Assembly: GCA_049999805.1 (NCBI GenBank)
Contig: JBNGIO010005800.1
Coordinates: forward strand, 1-64,000
From: Folioceros fuciformis
Taxonomy: Eukaryota
Direction of reading: 5' to 3'
Length of the DNA stretch: 64,000 nt
Program-made: the position numbers and the translations under genes
Shown: positions 9,760 to 19,422 of the stretch, piece after piece
How the letters are laid out: every line of letters begins with the position of its first letter
Numbering within the stretch: the stretch's first letter is position 1
The notes under the pieces: model-generated
Database searches by the model: none
Told to the model about the DNA's origin: nothing
What the model saw: only the letters and a program-made list of their open reading frames with translations

Positions 9760-12108
9760 TCATGTAGATGGCTTGGGCGTGCTGCCGGAGGACGAGGAGC
9801 CGCGGGGCACGATGCTGGCGGAGAAGGCGCCGAAGGGATTCTGGACGGGTTGGGGCGCGATGAGCTCGTCGATCCCAGGGCGGGCAAGGCGGTTGCCGCG
9901 GCCGGAAATTCGGGCCAAGGCTTGAACGAGCTCGCTAGCAGAGGGCCGTCGGGAAGGGTCTGTGGACAGGCAACCTAGCACCAGCGTTAGGGCGCGCTCG
10001 GCCTCCCACTCCTGGTCAGGGGTCAGGGCGCAGCTGTCATCCCTGAGTAGGGGGTCGATGGCCTCCTTAAGCTTCTCATTCCGCGACATATACGCCAGCC
10101 ACGACGGCAAACCCTCCGGGAACTCTTGTAGGAATGAGGGATCGCCCGGGAACTTGCCGGTAAAGAGATAGGCCATGGTGACTCCGAAGCTGTAGATGTC
10201 GCTTGCCAGGGAAAACTTGAACGTCTTGTGGTACTCCGGCGCGATGAATCCAGGCGTTCCCCATATCGCGGTGGAAGTATGCGAGCGCCCGTCCGTCAAC
10301 ACCTTGGCCAGCCCGAAGTCGCCGATGTGAGCCTCGAACCTTTCGTCAAGCAAAATGTTCGCTGGCTTGATGTCCCGGTGCACAACCTTGGGGCGACACT
10401 CGACGTGCAGGTACTCGAGCCCGGTCGCCGTCCCCTGCGCGATCCTCAGCCGGCACGGCCAGTCCATCACCAGCTCCCCCCTTGCCACCTTGCTCATGGC
10501 GCCCGCCAGGCTCCCGTTTTCCATGAACTCCAGCACGAGCAGATGATCTTCCTGGCGTGCCACGTACGCTAGCAAGCCAACCAGGTTTCGGTGTCTGATC
10601 GCGCCGAGGGCGTTCAGCTCGGACTGAATCTGCCTACGTATGGCCACCCCGCGACCCTCGGGACTGCGAGGCGGCGACTGCGCCTGGTCGCCCGCCGCCG
10701 CCCCGAATTCCAGCCGCGGCATCGCCACCACCTTGATCGCAACCGTGAGGCTATCACCGTCGCCCGGCTGCAGGACCGCCTTGAACACGTCCCCGCTTCC
10801 GCCACGGCCGAGCAGCTCCACATCTCCTCGCAGAGCATCCGGCCCCGCCAACGAGGCCAGCACCTTCGGCGTGATGATCTTGTTGAAGGAGATCGGCCCT
10901 TGTACCACATCCGGCTTCCTCCTCAGGTACAGGGACAAGCGAAGAAGCGTGGCAACCATAGCCGCAGCAATGGACCCCGCGACTACCCCTAGCCCAAGCC
11001 CCAACCCCCATCGCTGCCCCTTCGACCGCTGCTTCCCCCTATGGTTCCCGGTCCCAGAACCGGGCGCCGGGGCCGACACCGAGTCCACGGTCCCCGGACC
11101 TGGCGCCGGGGGCGACACCGAGTCCCCGGACCCAGGACCGGGCGCGGGAGCCGAAGGCAAGTCCGCGATGCCAGGACCGGTCGCCGGGGGCGACGCCGGG
11201 CTCACATAACTGGGGCTTGCCTGAAGGCGTACGGCGCGGGCATGGGGGAGGCGATGACGCAGGCGAGCATTCCATCCGAGGTGCACAATCGACGCCGATG
11301 TCGGGGCCGAGACGTTGGGGTTAGGGAGGTGTTGGTACAGGCCAGTAGCGTCTTGAATCTGCGCCTCCTTCGCTGCTTCCAGGCTGTTCCCTGCGAGGTT
11401 GATGGAGGCCAGGCGTTTGCATCTCGCTAGTCCCAGGGGAATTGAGCCTGACAGGTGGTTGCCTGACAAATCCAGCGATTCCAGCTCCTTCCCTGCCGAG
11501 ACTCCAGCCTCCGCAGATCCGAACAATGCGTCCAGGCCGCCGACGAGATTGTTGTTGTCGAGGGCGAGATGCCGGAGCCGGGGGAGCCGCGCCAGCAGGC
11601 CATCCGGGATCGGACCGGTAAAGAAGTTCCTGGAAAGGTCGAGGAGGACAAGCTGGTGAGGCTGGCCCAGGGAGTCTCCGAAGAGGGCATCCAAACCGCC
11701 GGCGAAGCCGCTGTTGCGGAGTCTTAGAAATCTCAGAGCAGGGAGGGATGGGAGGAGGCCAGAGGGAAGGGGGCCGGAGAGGGAGCAGGAATCCAGCTGC
11801 AGGGACTCCAGCGCCGAGAGGCGGACGATCGCAGAAGGGACGGGTCCCGTAAGCCCGAGGCGTTGGAGAGAAAGGCTCACCACTCTGCCGTTCCGGCAGC
11901 CTACTCCCACCCAGGAGCAATGGTTGTCACCTGCCCAATCCCCCAGCACGAGATGAGAATCCACGATGGCCGCCTTCACCTCCAGCAGCGCCTGCGCATC
12001 TTGCTCCACACTGTAGCAGCCGTGAAGGAGGGAAATGGGGTTGAGGTAGAGATATAAGAGGGAAATGGCGAGCGAGAGCTTGATCCACACCCATCCCTCG
12101 TCGCCCAT
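9760..12108 (-). CDS. SOBIR1: SOBIR1/EVR-like LRR receptor-like kinase, intronless, 782 aa
   Basis: Signal peptide, LRR N-cap (CSWVGVGC), a few LRRs, Pro-rich stalk, GxxxG-rich TM (WGLGLGLGVVAG) and an RD kinase with LLGRGGSGDVFKA, RQIQSELNALGAIRHRNL, HRDIKPANILLD, DFGLAK and GTPGFIAPEYHKTFKF, as in the SOBIR1 clade. Confidence 0.85.
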   Translation of the reverse strand: MGDEGWVWIKLSLAISLLYLYLNPISLLHGCYSVEQDAQALLEVKAAIVDSHLVLGDWAGDNHCSWVGVGCRNGRVVSLSLQRLGLTGPVPSAIVRLSALESLQLDSCSLSGPLPSGLLPSLPALRFLRLRNSGFAGGLDALFGDSLGQPHQLVLLDLSRNFFTGPIPDGLLARLPRLRHLALDNNNLVGGLDALFGSAEAGVSAGKELESLDLSGNHLSGSIPLGLARCKRLASINLAGNSLEAAKEAQIQDATGLYQHLPNPNVSAPTSASIVHLGWNARLRHRLPHARAVRLQASPSYVSPASPPATGPGIADLPSAPAPGPGSGDSVSPPAPGPGTVDSVSAPAPGSGTGNHRGKQRSKGQRWGLGLGLGVVAGSIAAAMVATLLRLSLYLRRKPDVVQGPISFNKIITPKVLASLAGPDALRGDVELLGRGGSGDVFKAVLQPGDGDSLTVAIKVVAMPRLEFGAAAGDQAQSPPRSPEGRGVAIRRQIQSELNALGAIRHRNLVGLLAYVARQEDHLLVLEFMENGSLAGAMSKVARGELVMDWPCRLRIAQGTATGLEYLHVECRPKVVHRDIKPANILLDERFEAHIGDFGLAKVLTDGRSHTSTAIWGTPGFIAPEYHKTFKFSLASDIYSFGVTMAYLFTGKFPGDPSFLQEFPEGLPSWLAYMSRNEKLKEAIDPLLRDDSCALTPDQEWEAERALTLVLGCLSTDPSRRPSASELVQALARISGRGNRLARPGIDELIAPQPVQNPFGAFSASIVPRGSSSSGSTPKPST

Positions 12109-12907
12109 CTGGAATCCTGTCTTGTCAGTGAGGGAGGGGCTACAGGCATGGAGACGGAGATGAGAGATCTACGGGGTGTGAAGCAAGATGTGGAGTTCGA
12201 ATCTGTCCAAAGATAGATCAGCTGGAGGCTAAAATATTGCTTCCTTCGACTCTCCTTCGGACACGAATCCCATTCATTAAAAATGGACGAAGGCTCATCA
12301 GCTCCCACACAACCACGACGACTGGGGTCAGAAATGCACCTACACACTACGCGGTTGGTCAACAAACTGTACAGCTTTATAGCACTGTGTGCAGAACCAA
12401 TGTCGGAAATTGCTTCTCCACCTTGCTTTAAAGTTCCTTGCTACTCTCTCCGTGCAGAGGTCCCGCGATCTCCTGCACAGGACTATCTCTTTGGCGCCTA
12501 CTCAATGACGCCGACGGGCTACGAGACGGGGGAAAAGGATGCTGTACGGGCTGACAGGCACGAGCCACACAAAGCTTGTGCGAAGGACGCGTAAACTCTA
12601 AGCGAAGACAAGAGGACAATATACGAGACATCGAGACGGTATGGAAAAGGGAATCGGGACTTCGAATTGAGTAGTGGAACATTCGGCTCGAATACAGTAA
12701 GTACGATAAACGTGCTCCAAAATGTGGGCTGCACTGTTTCTCCCGGAGGACAAGCCAGTCTCCCGGCATTCAGAGAGACTGCTGAGAGAGACCTGAACCT
12801 TGACTAGGAAGTGAACGAGTAGGATTAGGCAGTGCGGGCTGATGATGATGCACGACCCTGTCGACGGAAAAAAAAAAAAAAAAGGGAAAATGGTTGTGGA
12901 CGTACAG

Positions 12908-15028
12908 CTACGAAGATATCTTGGATTGGGTGGAGAACAGAAATCCTTTACCGGGGTTGTCGGTGGACTTCTTGGTGGAGACATAGGAGACGACGACAGT
13001 GATATCATCCATCTTCCCGCCGTAGAAACGGATACCGGCGTCTTGAGCTGCAGCAGAGAAAGGTGTCTGTCTGTTCCTGTCCTGAGCTCGGTCCCTGGCC
13101 AAGGCCGCTATTCTCTGAGCTGTCACCTGCGGGTCTGCACCACCTCGGGTAGACTGCATGACGACGCTTGTCATCTCCGTGTCGTAAAGGTTGTCGAACA
13201 CGCCGTCTGTGCCGGCAATAATCACATCCCCTGCTGCCACAGGTACAGAGAATTCCTGCACACAGCTGTTGGAAGTTAGGCCTGATACTGGCCGTGGCCG
13301 ACGGTAGAGCAGACTTCTCGCGCATCTTCTCTAGGGGGATCACAGGGACTGCAAAGGCAAAAGCAATGGCAAGGTCATGCACCTCTGCGGCACTGGGTGG
13401 GTCACTGCCACCGCTTTCCAGTTGGAAGGGGATGTTGAACTGATGCTGCTGCGGAGGAGACTTGAAGATAGTGCGGCCATTTCTCACCACCACAAACCCA
13501 CTGTCGCCCAGATTTGCTGCTTGCAATCCCTATTACCGCAGACAAACAGGAAGGTCAATTCACAAAGTGTTACTCCCGGGTGGAGGAGGGCAGTGTTGCA
13601 CAAAGAATGAGAAGATGATCTAGAGCGACAACAACCTCGTTTGAGAGTGCAAGAATGCAGGCAGTAGATGATCCCCTGCATTTCGTCCTTGAATGAGCTG
13701 TTGCCATGACCCTGGCAGGATCCACGTAGCCATGTGGCTCTTGGCCCACTGCAATTGTCGCCTGTTTCATCAGCTCCCTGGCATATTCCCCAGCATCAAC
13801 TCCCACATCCGCCCATCCGCCAACGCCATCAGCAACACCGACCACCGGTGCGTCAGAGCAGATGAAGTATGCATCCTCGCCACCTGTTTTCATCTTCTCA
13901 GGATGGGGCAAGCAACAGGCTCCTGAAAATAGCCTCAGATTGTTCGTGTCCACCGACGTCCTGCACAACGTACAAGTCCAATTCCCAGTGAACAAAAAAC
14001 AATCAACCGACTCACGCAATAAGTTACTTGCATTCCTCCAGGGTTTGACCTCTACATGACATGAGAAGGGTTTGGTGCAGCATCACGCAGCACAATCAAT
14101 CTAGTGGGAAGCACAGATCAACTGGAGACACTCACGGTTCTTGTGGACGACTCGAGTCTTGGTTCCCATCGTCGCGATTGGCATCCATTCCCATGCCCGG
14201 AGCAGGAGCAGGAGCCAACTCTGCTCCAGAAGTGGCATCTTGAAGACATCTCACAAACCCACGATCCGCCGCTGGGACACCTGGTGCTAGGCGAAAAAAA
14301 TGATAGGCAACAGAAGTGCGCAACACATCCCGAAACGCCGATGCTCCGCCATCAAACAATCCGTCTCCATATTTCCTATCCCCATGGCTGCTCCCACCCC
14401 AGATGCTAGACTCACTGCCCCTGCCCAACGGTTCCTCCTCGTCCCCAGAAGGACCACCAGCTGCCAAGGAGCAAACCGTCAGCCCATCTCCAAATCGATA
14501 CCGACATTCCAACTCGAGATCCTCCCTCTTAAACCAGCCATTCCTCCTCCACACGCCGTCGGGAACGAGAGCGCACTGAAAACGTGACACCCCTGGTACC
14601 TTCACCCTACTAACTCCAAACCCCCAGTCCCTAGCCGCATCCAAGGTCAGCTCCGCATGCAATCTCGGACCCGTCCCCGAGCCCTTGTCCAACAACTCGT
14701 TCCTCCCAACCTGCTGGTAGCCGCAGGCAGGCCACACCGTGCCATGGGCAGACGGTGTGACAAACACACGGGCAAAGGCCTCCGAGATGGAGAGAGCCGT
14801 CTTGCTAACCGACGACACCTCAGGAACAGGTTTAGCCCCGCCGGATGCCGCACTCGCACGTACTGGCCACAAAGATGCCAAGAACGCAGCCGGCGTGCCG
14901 CCTTCTGCCTGCCACGACAACAAACCACTTCTATCCGCAAAACCCTTCACCCCAGGGTTGCTCCCCAACTGCTGTCGGACAGCTGCGGCGCCTACTTTGA
15001 GACTCCGGATGCTGTCCAGGGAGGGCAT
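12908..15028 (-). CDS. PTC7-type protein phosphatase 2C (PP2C55/80-like) with long N-terminal extension, 4 exons
   Basis: Exons 15028-14136, 13960-13636, 13529-13383 and 13255-12908 join in frame through GT-AG introns. Motifs [57 protein letters not shown] and [11 protein letters not shown]. Confidence 0.92.
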
Positions 15029-15821
15029 TTCCCGCTAGCTTGCTGCACATCAACGGCCGCAAACCTGCATGCTTCAGCTCTGGGCGCGTCAACAGCGGAA
15101 TCCCCCACACAATCGTACGCCCTTGCATCTTGCCTCCACGGCCACCACCTTGCTGCAAAAATCCATCTCCTCCTCCTCCGACAATCCCAAACCACGGCCC
15201 CTCCCAAAAATTCCCGCTCCTCCGAGCGTCTCTGCCACTGACTGCGTGTTCACTCTGCCTCACCGAACGCTCCAAATTTTTTGCACTCTGCTACGATTCC
15301 ACCTGTTGCGGAAAACCCGCCGTCACTTCAACCAAATCCACACCACATGCATCACATAATACCACGCCAGGGACCGCAAATCTCCAGCATCCTCCAAATC
15401 CAGGAACCCAAACCTCCCAGTCCCTTCCCTTCCCTTCCCTGCCCTTCTCGTAACAGCCACAAACAAGATCCTCTTCAGATACCGGTCTCGCTGTTTACTG
15501 TATGTTACTAAATCACTCACGGCTTTGTTTAGTTGGATGGCTTCGGGGCCGATCCGCTTGCCGCCTCCCGAGATCCTGAACAGGCATCGGATAAAACGCT
15601 CAAATATGCCAGCCTACCTTCACTGATTATAATAAGAGTGTATCATATTTAACAAGCCTATAATATCATATTCATGTACTGGGCAGAAACGAACAACAAA
15701 GTTTTGCAAAGCTCATGGATCGTGTCCAACTTTCTTCTCATATCTCCAGTCCAAGCAAAAAGCTTCCAACTACTACAAACCCACAAACCTAAAGAAGATG
15801 AAGCCAAACTTTGACATCCAC

Positions 15822-16208
15822 TCATCTTTGGTATCCATCACCCGGAGTGTCATTGACATGAAATTCAGCTCCCATGACATAATGCTTTCCTAAACCTATA
15901 GGTTTGCCTTTGGAATGTTTGCTTGCCATCTCCTTGGCTTTCACTTTAGTCACATAGCGATCCACCATAGCTCTTCTTGTGTCTCTCTTGTAGTAGTCAA
16001 TATCAAACACATTTTTGGGATAAGCTTGAGGAGTGATGGGGGTCTTGGGTGGTGTAGCTGGTGCATGGACACGATAATCTTTTGCATCAGGAAGTGCATC
16101 CAAATACTCAGTAGTAGCAGAAGGTCCTGTGATTTCCCATGGTCTTTTCAACCAACCCAAGAATCCTTCTGCCGTTTTGGAGGCTATGTTCTTCAAATAT
16201 TTTGACAT
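15822..16208 (-). CDS. Mitochondrial complex I accessory subunit B14.5a (NDUFA7)-like, intronless, 128 aa
   Basis: LKRPWEITGP...EYL.ALP.A.DYR...PAT, VFDI.YY.RD.RR and C-terminal GDGYQR match my recollection of the plant B14.5a subunit. AT-rich codons. Confidence 0.8.
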   Translation of the reverse strand: MSKYLKNIASKTAEGFLGWLKRPWEITGPSATTEYLDALPDAKDYRVHAPATPPKTPITPQAYPKNVFDIDYYKRDTRRAMVDRYVTKVKAKEMASKHSKGKPIGLGKHYVMGAEFHVNDTPGDGYQR

Positions 16209-16687
16209 GGTAGGAGTTCTTCTAACTTGCTTCCTCTATTGGCATCTTACTAACCTTCTTCCATGAAGGAAAGGTTGTATAAATATTTCCTATAGTTTCA
16301 TAATTACATTAAAAGGGATAAGATACATAAATAATTCATCAAATAAAATAAAATTAAAATTTCAAATAATATATAATTTTTTATTTAAAATATTTACTTA
16401 AAATAATAATTCTTTTACTTTATTAAATATGGTGATTTGAATTTTATATTAAATAAAATAACATAATTTTGTAGACAAGTTTCTTATCATGGTTTCACAA
16501 GAAGAAGTGTACTTCACAGAAGAGAAGATTTAGAGCAATAGCTTCATTATAACAATGGAATTAGAAGTTTGCCAAAAGCTCATAGTTTACATTGCCTTGA
16601 TTTATTAGTAGGAATTTTTGTGAAAGAGAAATATTTGACTACTTTGTCATAACTTGCTTGTTTTGTTGTTTGATCTTTTGAAGAACA

Positions 16688-18277
16688 ATGTTCAACACTA
16701 GCTCACAATTTCATCCAAGGATGATAGAGTTATCTTACAAATTTGATCACCCTTTGTACTTATGGCATAGATCAAACGTGATTAATATAAACATGAAAAG
16801 ATCTTCTTGGTTAGCAAAGAAAAGAAATCTTGCAATGGTAGCTATGAGCAAAGATAAAGAACATGGCTATAAGAAGGGGACAGAAGGAGAGTTCAGTTTC
16901 AAGCTTCCTCATATCACGGAGCAGTTTTCAATTGAACCTATGTCATCCACATTTTGTAACAAGACAGGAACATGTGTGGTACCGGATATTAGGCCAGGAC
17001 ATAGATTAGAAGATAAACATAAAGTGTTTGTCCATGATGATGATAGAGTGTTGTTAAAGGTGGTTAAATATGCACAAGATTCACATTCTTCAAGCGAGAG
17101 TGCTGTTGAAAGAAGAAATGGAGGAGACTTCCATCCTCAATGGGTTCCTCGAGCTGGGCCCCGTAGTAAAATCTATTTCGACCCGGATGAAGTGAAAGCT
17201 GCCATAGTGACGTGTGGAGGTTTATGTCCAGGTTTAAATGATGTGATTAGGCAAGTGGTCTTGACCTTAGAAGTTTATGGAGTCTATGAGATTGTAGGAA
17301 TTTCTTATGGGTATAGAGGGTTTTTTGATGAGAATTTGTCAGACATTCCATTGTCAAGGCATGTAGTGCAAAACATTCATCTGGTTGGAGGTAGTTTGCT
17401 TGGTGTTTCTAGAGGTGGAGCGAAAACTACAGACATTGTAGATAGTTTAGAAAGACGAGGAATCAACATGTTGTTTGTTCTTGGGGGGAATGGAACCCAT
17501 GCTGGTGCCCACGCAATACATGTAGAGTGTCGTAAACGAAAGCTAAAAATTGTTGTCATTGGAGTACCAAAGACTATAGATAATGACATCTTGTTGATGG
17601 ACAAAACTTTTGGATTCGACACAGCTGTGGAGGAAGCACAACATGCAATCAATGCAGCATACATTGAAGCTCAAAGTGCACATCATGGTATAGGAATTGT
17701 CAAATTGATGGGCAGATCAAGTGGTTTTATAGCAATGCATGCATCACTTGCAAGTGGGCAGGTTGACATTTGCTTGATCCCGGAAGTTCCTTTCATACTA
17801 GAGGGCACAAATGGAGTGTTGCATCACATTCGATATTTGTTGAATGAAAAAGGGTTAGCAGTGCTTTGTGTTGCAGAGGGAGCAGGGCAAGAGATGTTGA
17901 AGAAAAGTGTGGGCACAGATGCTTCAGGGAACCCAATTCTAGGCGACATTGGGGTTCATATTCAACAACAAGTGAAGAAGCATTTCAAAGAAAGTGGCAC
18001 ACCTTGTGATGTAAAATACATAGATCCCACCTACATGATCCGAGCATGTAGAGCTAATGCTTCTGATAGCATCTTGTGTGCTATACTTGGTCAGAATGCT
18101 GTCCATGGCGCCTTTGCTGGATACAGTGGGATAACAGTCGGTTTGTGCAACAACCACCATGTTTATTTGCCCATTCCCGATGTTATTGCATATGATAAAC
18201 ATGTGGATCCTCATAGTCGAATGTGGCATCGTTGCATGACGGCTACTGGACAACCGGACTTCATTGCCTCTTCATAG
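16688..18277 (+). CDS. PFK: ATP-dependent 6-phosphofructokinase, PFK5-like, intronless, 529 aa
   Basis: RAGPR.KIYF.P.EVKAAIVTCGGLCPGLNDVIR, GGSLLGVSRGG, LGGNGTHAGA (ATP-type Gly), PKTIDNDI, KLMGRSSGFIA, KYIDPTYMIRA and C-terminal TGQPDF. Confidence 0.95.
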   Translation: MFNTSSQFHPRMIELSYKFDHPLYLWHRSNVININMKRSSWLAKKRNLAMVAMSKDKEHGYKKGTEGEFSFKLPHITEQFSIEPMSSTFCNKTGTCVVPDIRPGHRLEDKHKVFVHDDDRVLLKVVKYAQDSHSSSESAVERRNGGDFHPQWVPRAGPRSKIYFDPDEVKAAIVTCGGLCPGLNDVIRQVVLTLEVYGVYEIVGISYGYRGFFDENLSDIPLSRHVVQNIHLVGGSLLGVSRGGAKTTDIVDSLERRGINMLFVLGGNGTHAGAHAIHVECRKRKLKIVVIGVPKTIDNDILLMDKTFGFDTAVEEAQHAINAAYIEAQSAHHGIGIVKLMGRSSGFIAMHASLASGQVDICLIPEVPFILEGTNGVLHHIRYLLNEKGLAVLCVAEGAGQEMLKKSVGTDASGNPILGDIGVHIQQQVKKHFKESGTPCDVKYIDPTYMIRACRANASDSILCAILGQNAVHGAFAGYSGITVGLCNNHHVYLPIPDVIAYDKHVDPHSRMWHRCMTATGQPDFIASS

Positions 18278-19422
18278 ATGCAAAAGCCACTAGTTTAAGA
18301 GGCTATAAAGGAACACTAGGCATATATCTACACACTTTCAAGTTGACACATTCATACAAGAAGATGTAGAAATGAACATCCCAAGCTTAAGCAATGGGAT
18401 CAGCATGATCAAATCATCAGAAGAGAAATTTTGACTTTATTTGAGGTGGGCATGACATTGTGTGGTTTCACTTATGTAAGATCGGGAGGCAAGGATATAT
18501 CCTAACATGGACCTAGAAGTTTGTAACTTGAAGTGGTGAAAGTTTTGCTTGTCCCAAATGTTGTTGAAGAAATTAGCAACTTCAACTGTTGGTTTCTTGA
18601 TTTCTCAATTTGCTCACCTTACCTTACCAGTTTAGTCTTCCTTGCATGATTCCATTCTTTTGGTTTGCACTTGGGTAGGTGCTTTTGAATGGGCTATACA
18701 TGAAATGTAAATGGAAAGCATAGATGGTCTAGTCCAAGACTGTTTGTTAAAGCACTTGCATTAAATTCAGATGCCACCATCTCTATTATGAGATTCTTGA
18801 TTCTTGTGTGAAGAGGAGGAGACTTCACTACTTCCTATGTGTTGCATTAGATGACAAAAAGGTAAGCAGCTTGAATTATTCTCTTTTTTTTCTAAGTGAA
18901 GAGCGGGAATATGAATTTTTTCGCATAAGACTAAAATTATATTTTTGAAGTAGTTATATATAATTTTATTACTAGCTCTTTTAAATGATATGAATTACTA
19001 ATGTACAATTATTTTTTAGATGGAATGCTTGATAGAACTATGAAAGTAAATTATATCAATTTTTCCCATCGGATCTCTAGATTAAAAAAAAATTAACCAG
19101 TACTATTATCATTTGTTACATTCACCTCTTCATGAGAAAGAACTTACAAAGTCAGGTTGGCTTTTGGCAGCTTGAACCGGCTGTGAGGAATGGAGTATGA
19201 GACGTTTTTCAGCCGTTTACGTTTCCTTTATCAGTGACTCGGACATCATGACTAGATGGTAAGGACACTTTTGTGTTTTACTGTACGTCGGTCGACCTGG
19301 ATTTGGTGATCTGCCCTGATTTGTCCTACAGTGGTTTGAGGAAGCGGGACTTCGCTTTGTCTCAGGAGACGCATTCGTCAACAGACAACTCTGTTCAGCT
19401 GAAGCCTCCAACCAGGGAGTCA

